Assembly: GCA_963550425.1 (NCBI GenBank)
Contig: CAUVCE010000001.1
Location: 1 to 47,683 of the forward strand
DNA: 47,683 nucleotides
Origin: an uncultured Neisseria sp.
GTDB lineage: Bacteria > Pseudomonadota > Gammaproteobacteria > Burkholderiales > Neisseriaceae
Direction: 5' to 3'
The position numbers and the translations under genes were made by a program. Under the pieces are notes generated by a model, which worked only from the letters and a program-made list of their open reading frames with translations, did not search any database and was not told the DNA's origin. Positions 45,244 to 47,683 of the stretch are shown in pieces (the stretch's first letter is position 1; each line of letters starts with the position of its first letter).

Positions 45244-46831
45244 GGTTTTTATCCTTCGGTAAAATCAGTTCGAAACCGTTCATTTCGGGATGATAGTGCA
45301 ACTGACCCAAATTGGCGTGTGCCAGTTCGCGGGCGACATACAGCCCCAAACCCGTACCGTTGGATTCGGTGGTGAAGAATGGTTCGAACAGGCGGTTGCG
45401 TATATCCGGACGGACACCTGGGCCGTTGTCGGAAATCACGATGGAAATATTCAGTTTGCCGCTTGGCCGGATAAGTACTTTAATGGCGTCGGCATCTTTT
45501 TTGCTGTGCCGCCATGCGTTGTTGCATAAGTTCCACATGATTTGCTGAACGTGCATGGGGTCGGCCATCACTGTGAGGTTTTTACCCTGCATCTGCATTC
45601 TGACGCAGCCTACGGCACCGGGGTTGTTTAGCAGGAATTCTTGTTTGAACGCCATCCAGAATTTCATCAGGCTGACGCTTTCGCGCCCCAATGCGTCTTT
45701 TTTGTTGAGGGACGATACTTCTTCCAGCATTTTGTCGATACGGCGGATGTTGGTGCTGATGATGTTGATCAGTTTGGCATGGACGGGATCAAGTTCTTCG
45801 TCATCGGCAAGCAGGCTGGCGGCATGGGTAATGGCGGACATGGGGTTGCGTACCTCGTGTGCCAGGTTGGCGGTCAATTGGCCGAGTGAGGCGAGTTTGG
45901 TAGCCATGGCCTCCGAGGCGATTTCGCGCAGGGAACGGGCAAAAATCATCAGCAGTTGGCTGTCTTCCTGTATCAGGGGCATGGCGCGGATGTGCATGGC
46001 ATGCTGGTGCAGGTGGATGTCGGCCTCGAATGGTTTGTCGGGTGCGCGCTGCCAGCGGTCTATAAGTTCGGTAAAGATGGTTTCGGTGCGCTCCGCCGTC
46101 AGGCCGGGGAAGTAGGTTTTTGCCTGACGGTTGAACAGGATGATTTTTTGTTTGTCGTCCAATACGATGACGGCCTCCTGTACGCGGTTGAGTACCAGTT
46201 GGTTCAGCCCGTGTATGCGGTTGAAGGCGCGTTTGTGCTGGACGGCGGAGGCCGTGGCATAACGCAGGTAGGTCGCACCCAGCGAGGTTAGGAAGGATAC
46301 GGCGAATATGGCGGTAATCAGGATGATGGCCGCGCTGAGCGAACGGCTGTCCCAATAGGCCATACTCAGGGCAATCTGTCCGCGCGCGGACATGACGGCC
46401 AGCAGGCAGATGGTGGTGTAGGAGGCATACAGCAGCGGGTAGCGGCCGTAACTGAGCAGGCAGGATGTCGCCACAAACGGCAGTACGAGGATGCCCAGCC
46501 CGGAGGTTACGCCGCCGGCCAGGTACAGCAGAATCATTATCATGCTGATGTCGATGACCGCGCCGGTATTGGGCAGGTCTTCGCGCTGTTGGCGCAGCCA
46601 GCGGGGACGGATGAAGGAAATGGTTATCAGTAATCCGTAACACGCCAGCCAAAAGTAAAATTGTGCGGTCGGGATGGTGTAGCGTATGGTTTCCGAGCCG
46701 GTGTGGTTTACCATGAAGTGGGAAATCAGCATGGATACCGCAACGGCGCAGCGGCAGATGTTTATCAGCCACGGTATGCGGTCGATTTGGTCTTCCCAGT
46801 CGCTTCGGGTTAGGATAAGTTTGCTCAGCAT
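45233..46831 (-). CDS. pilS: Membrane sensor histidine kinase, PilS-type
   Basis: Multi-TM N-terminus, AHEVRNP H-box, DNGPG, FEPFFTT, GTGLGL; downstream of parC. Confidence 0.85.
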   Translation of the reverse strand: MLSKLILTRSDWEDQIDRIPWLINICRCAVAVSMLISHFMVNHTGSETIRYTIPTAQFYFWLACYGLLITISFIRPRWLRQQREDLPNTGAVIDISMIMILLYLAGGVTSGLGILVLPFVATSCLLSYGRYPLLYASYTTICLLAVMSARGQIALSMAYWDSRSLSAAIILITAIFAVSFLTSLGATYLRYATASAVQHKRAFNRIHGLNQLVLNRVQEAVIVLDDKQKIILFNRQAKTYFPGLTAERTETIFTELIDRWQRAPDKPFEADIHLHQHAMHIRAMPLIQEDSQLLMIFARSLREIASEAMATKLASLGQLTANLAHEVRNPMSAITHAASLLADDEELDPVHAKLINIISTNIRRIDKMLEEVSSLNKKDALGRESVSLMKFWMAFKQEFLLNNPGAVGCVRMQMQGKNLTVMADPMHVQQIMWNLCNNAWRHSKKDADAIKVLIRPSGKLNISIVISDNGPGVRPDIRNRLFEPFFTTESNGTGLGLYVARELAHANLGQLHYHPEMNGFELILPKDKNHEE

Positions 46832-46946
46832 GTCGTTTTCTTGTTTTTTTGTTTGAAAGGCGTTTGTAACAGGGACGGAATCTGTCCTTTTCCGCCATTG
46901 ACTTATTTTAACAGAATGTGTCGTCAAACTGCTTTTCCGTTATTGC

Positions 46947-47683
46947 TCAACCGGCAGGGCGGATGGCATTCACGCGGCCGGCTGTGTCGAGCAGCCTGCC
47001 TTTGCGCCCCCGTTTCCCCTCTATGTCTTTTATCCGCAGCCTTTCGTTGTGCAGGCCGCCGCGCCGCCCGATGATTTCTACGGTAAATTCGGCAGTGGGG
47101 ATGAGGGCGGTTTGTTCCAGGCTCGAACCGTCTGACAGGGAGGTAAGCTGCAGCCCCCGCCCTTTGGGCATGATTTTTAGTTCGGCCAGAGGAAAGGCCA
47201 GCAGGCGGTTGCCGCTGTCGGCCAAGACGATTTTGTATTCCGGGTTGATAAGCCAAGAAGCCGACAACGGCTGCGGCGGCAATGCTTTTTCGCCCGTTTC
47301 TAAAATCATCACTACTTTGCCCGCTTTCACGCGCCCGACCATATCGCCCAGTTTGGCAATGAAGCCGTAGCCGCCGCTGCCTGAAAGCAGGTAGTGCTGT
47401 TCGGGCTGGCCGGTGAGCATGGCGACGGGTTTCGCGCCGTTTTGCAGCTCGATTAACGATGAAACCGGCACGCCATCGCCGCGTCCGCCGGGGATTTCGG
47501 CGGCATCGAGCGTGTAGGTTCTGCCCAATGAGTCGAGAATGACGACGGGTAAAACAGTGCGGCCTTCAAGGGTTTGTTTGAGGCGGTCACCTTCTTTGAA
47601 CGCGGTCTGGCTCAAATCGAGGTTGTGTCCGGCACGGCTGCGTATCCACCCTTTTTCCGACAGAATCAGCGTGATGGGTTCGT
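46947..47683 (-). CDS. parC: Topoisomerase IV subunit A, C-terminal part (runs off the window)
   Basis: EPITLILSEKGWIR, FKEGD, PGGRGDGVPV and GYGF beta-pinwheel repeats. Confidence 0.93.
   Translation of the reverse strand, partial: EPITLILSEKGWIRSRAGHNLDLSQTAFKEGDRLKQTLEGRTVLPVVILDSLGRTYTLDAAEIPGGRGDGVPVSSLIELQNGAKPVAMLTGQPEQHYLLSGSGGYGFIAKLGDMVGRVKAGKVVMILETGEKALPPQPLSASWLINPEYKIVLADSGNRLLAFPLAELKIMPKGRGLQLTSLSDGSSLEQTALIPTAEFTVEIIGRRGGLHNERLRIKDIEGKRGRKGRLLDTAGRVNAIRPAG

Overview
Core-genome region of a Neisseriaceae (Neisseria-like) chromosome, identified by its DNA-uptake sequences and gene content. It holds the 3' end of lpxD, fabZ, lpxA, purB, the F1Fo atp operon, parB, sstT, mgtE, prlC, rsmJ, gyrB-dnaN-dnaA opposite rpmH-rnpA-yidD-yidC, lpxB-rnhB, pdxA, rsfS, a SliC/MliC lipoprotein, priA, intact pilS-pilR and the 3' end of parC. 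I found no tRNA/rRNA, CRISPR array, transposase or phage genes. The most interesting signals are outside the ORF track: (1) a 14-codon proline-rich leader ORF followed by two mutually exclusive hairpins over the mgtE Shine-Dalgarno, a candidate MgtL-like Mg2+-sensing translational attenuator; (2) pdxA fused in frame to a 230-aa low-GC domain with a PD-(D/E)XK-like motif; (3) an abundant second uptake-sequence form GCCGCCTGAA, about as frequent as canonical GCCGTCTGAA; (4) a hidden, decayed double-CxxC gene coupled to a secreted-protein gene inside the fabZ-lpxA operon; (5) four REP2/CREN-like elements; (6) apparently mosaic gyrB, parC and lpxA and a degenerating arsC. Family assignments come from motif recognition and recall, not database searches. 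Counts are manual.
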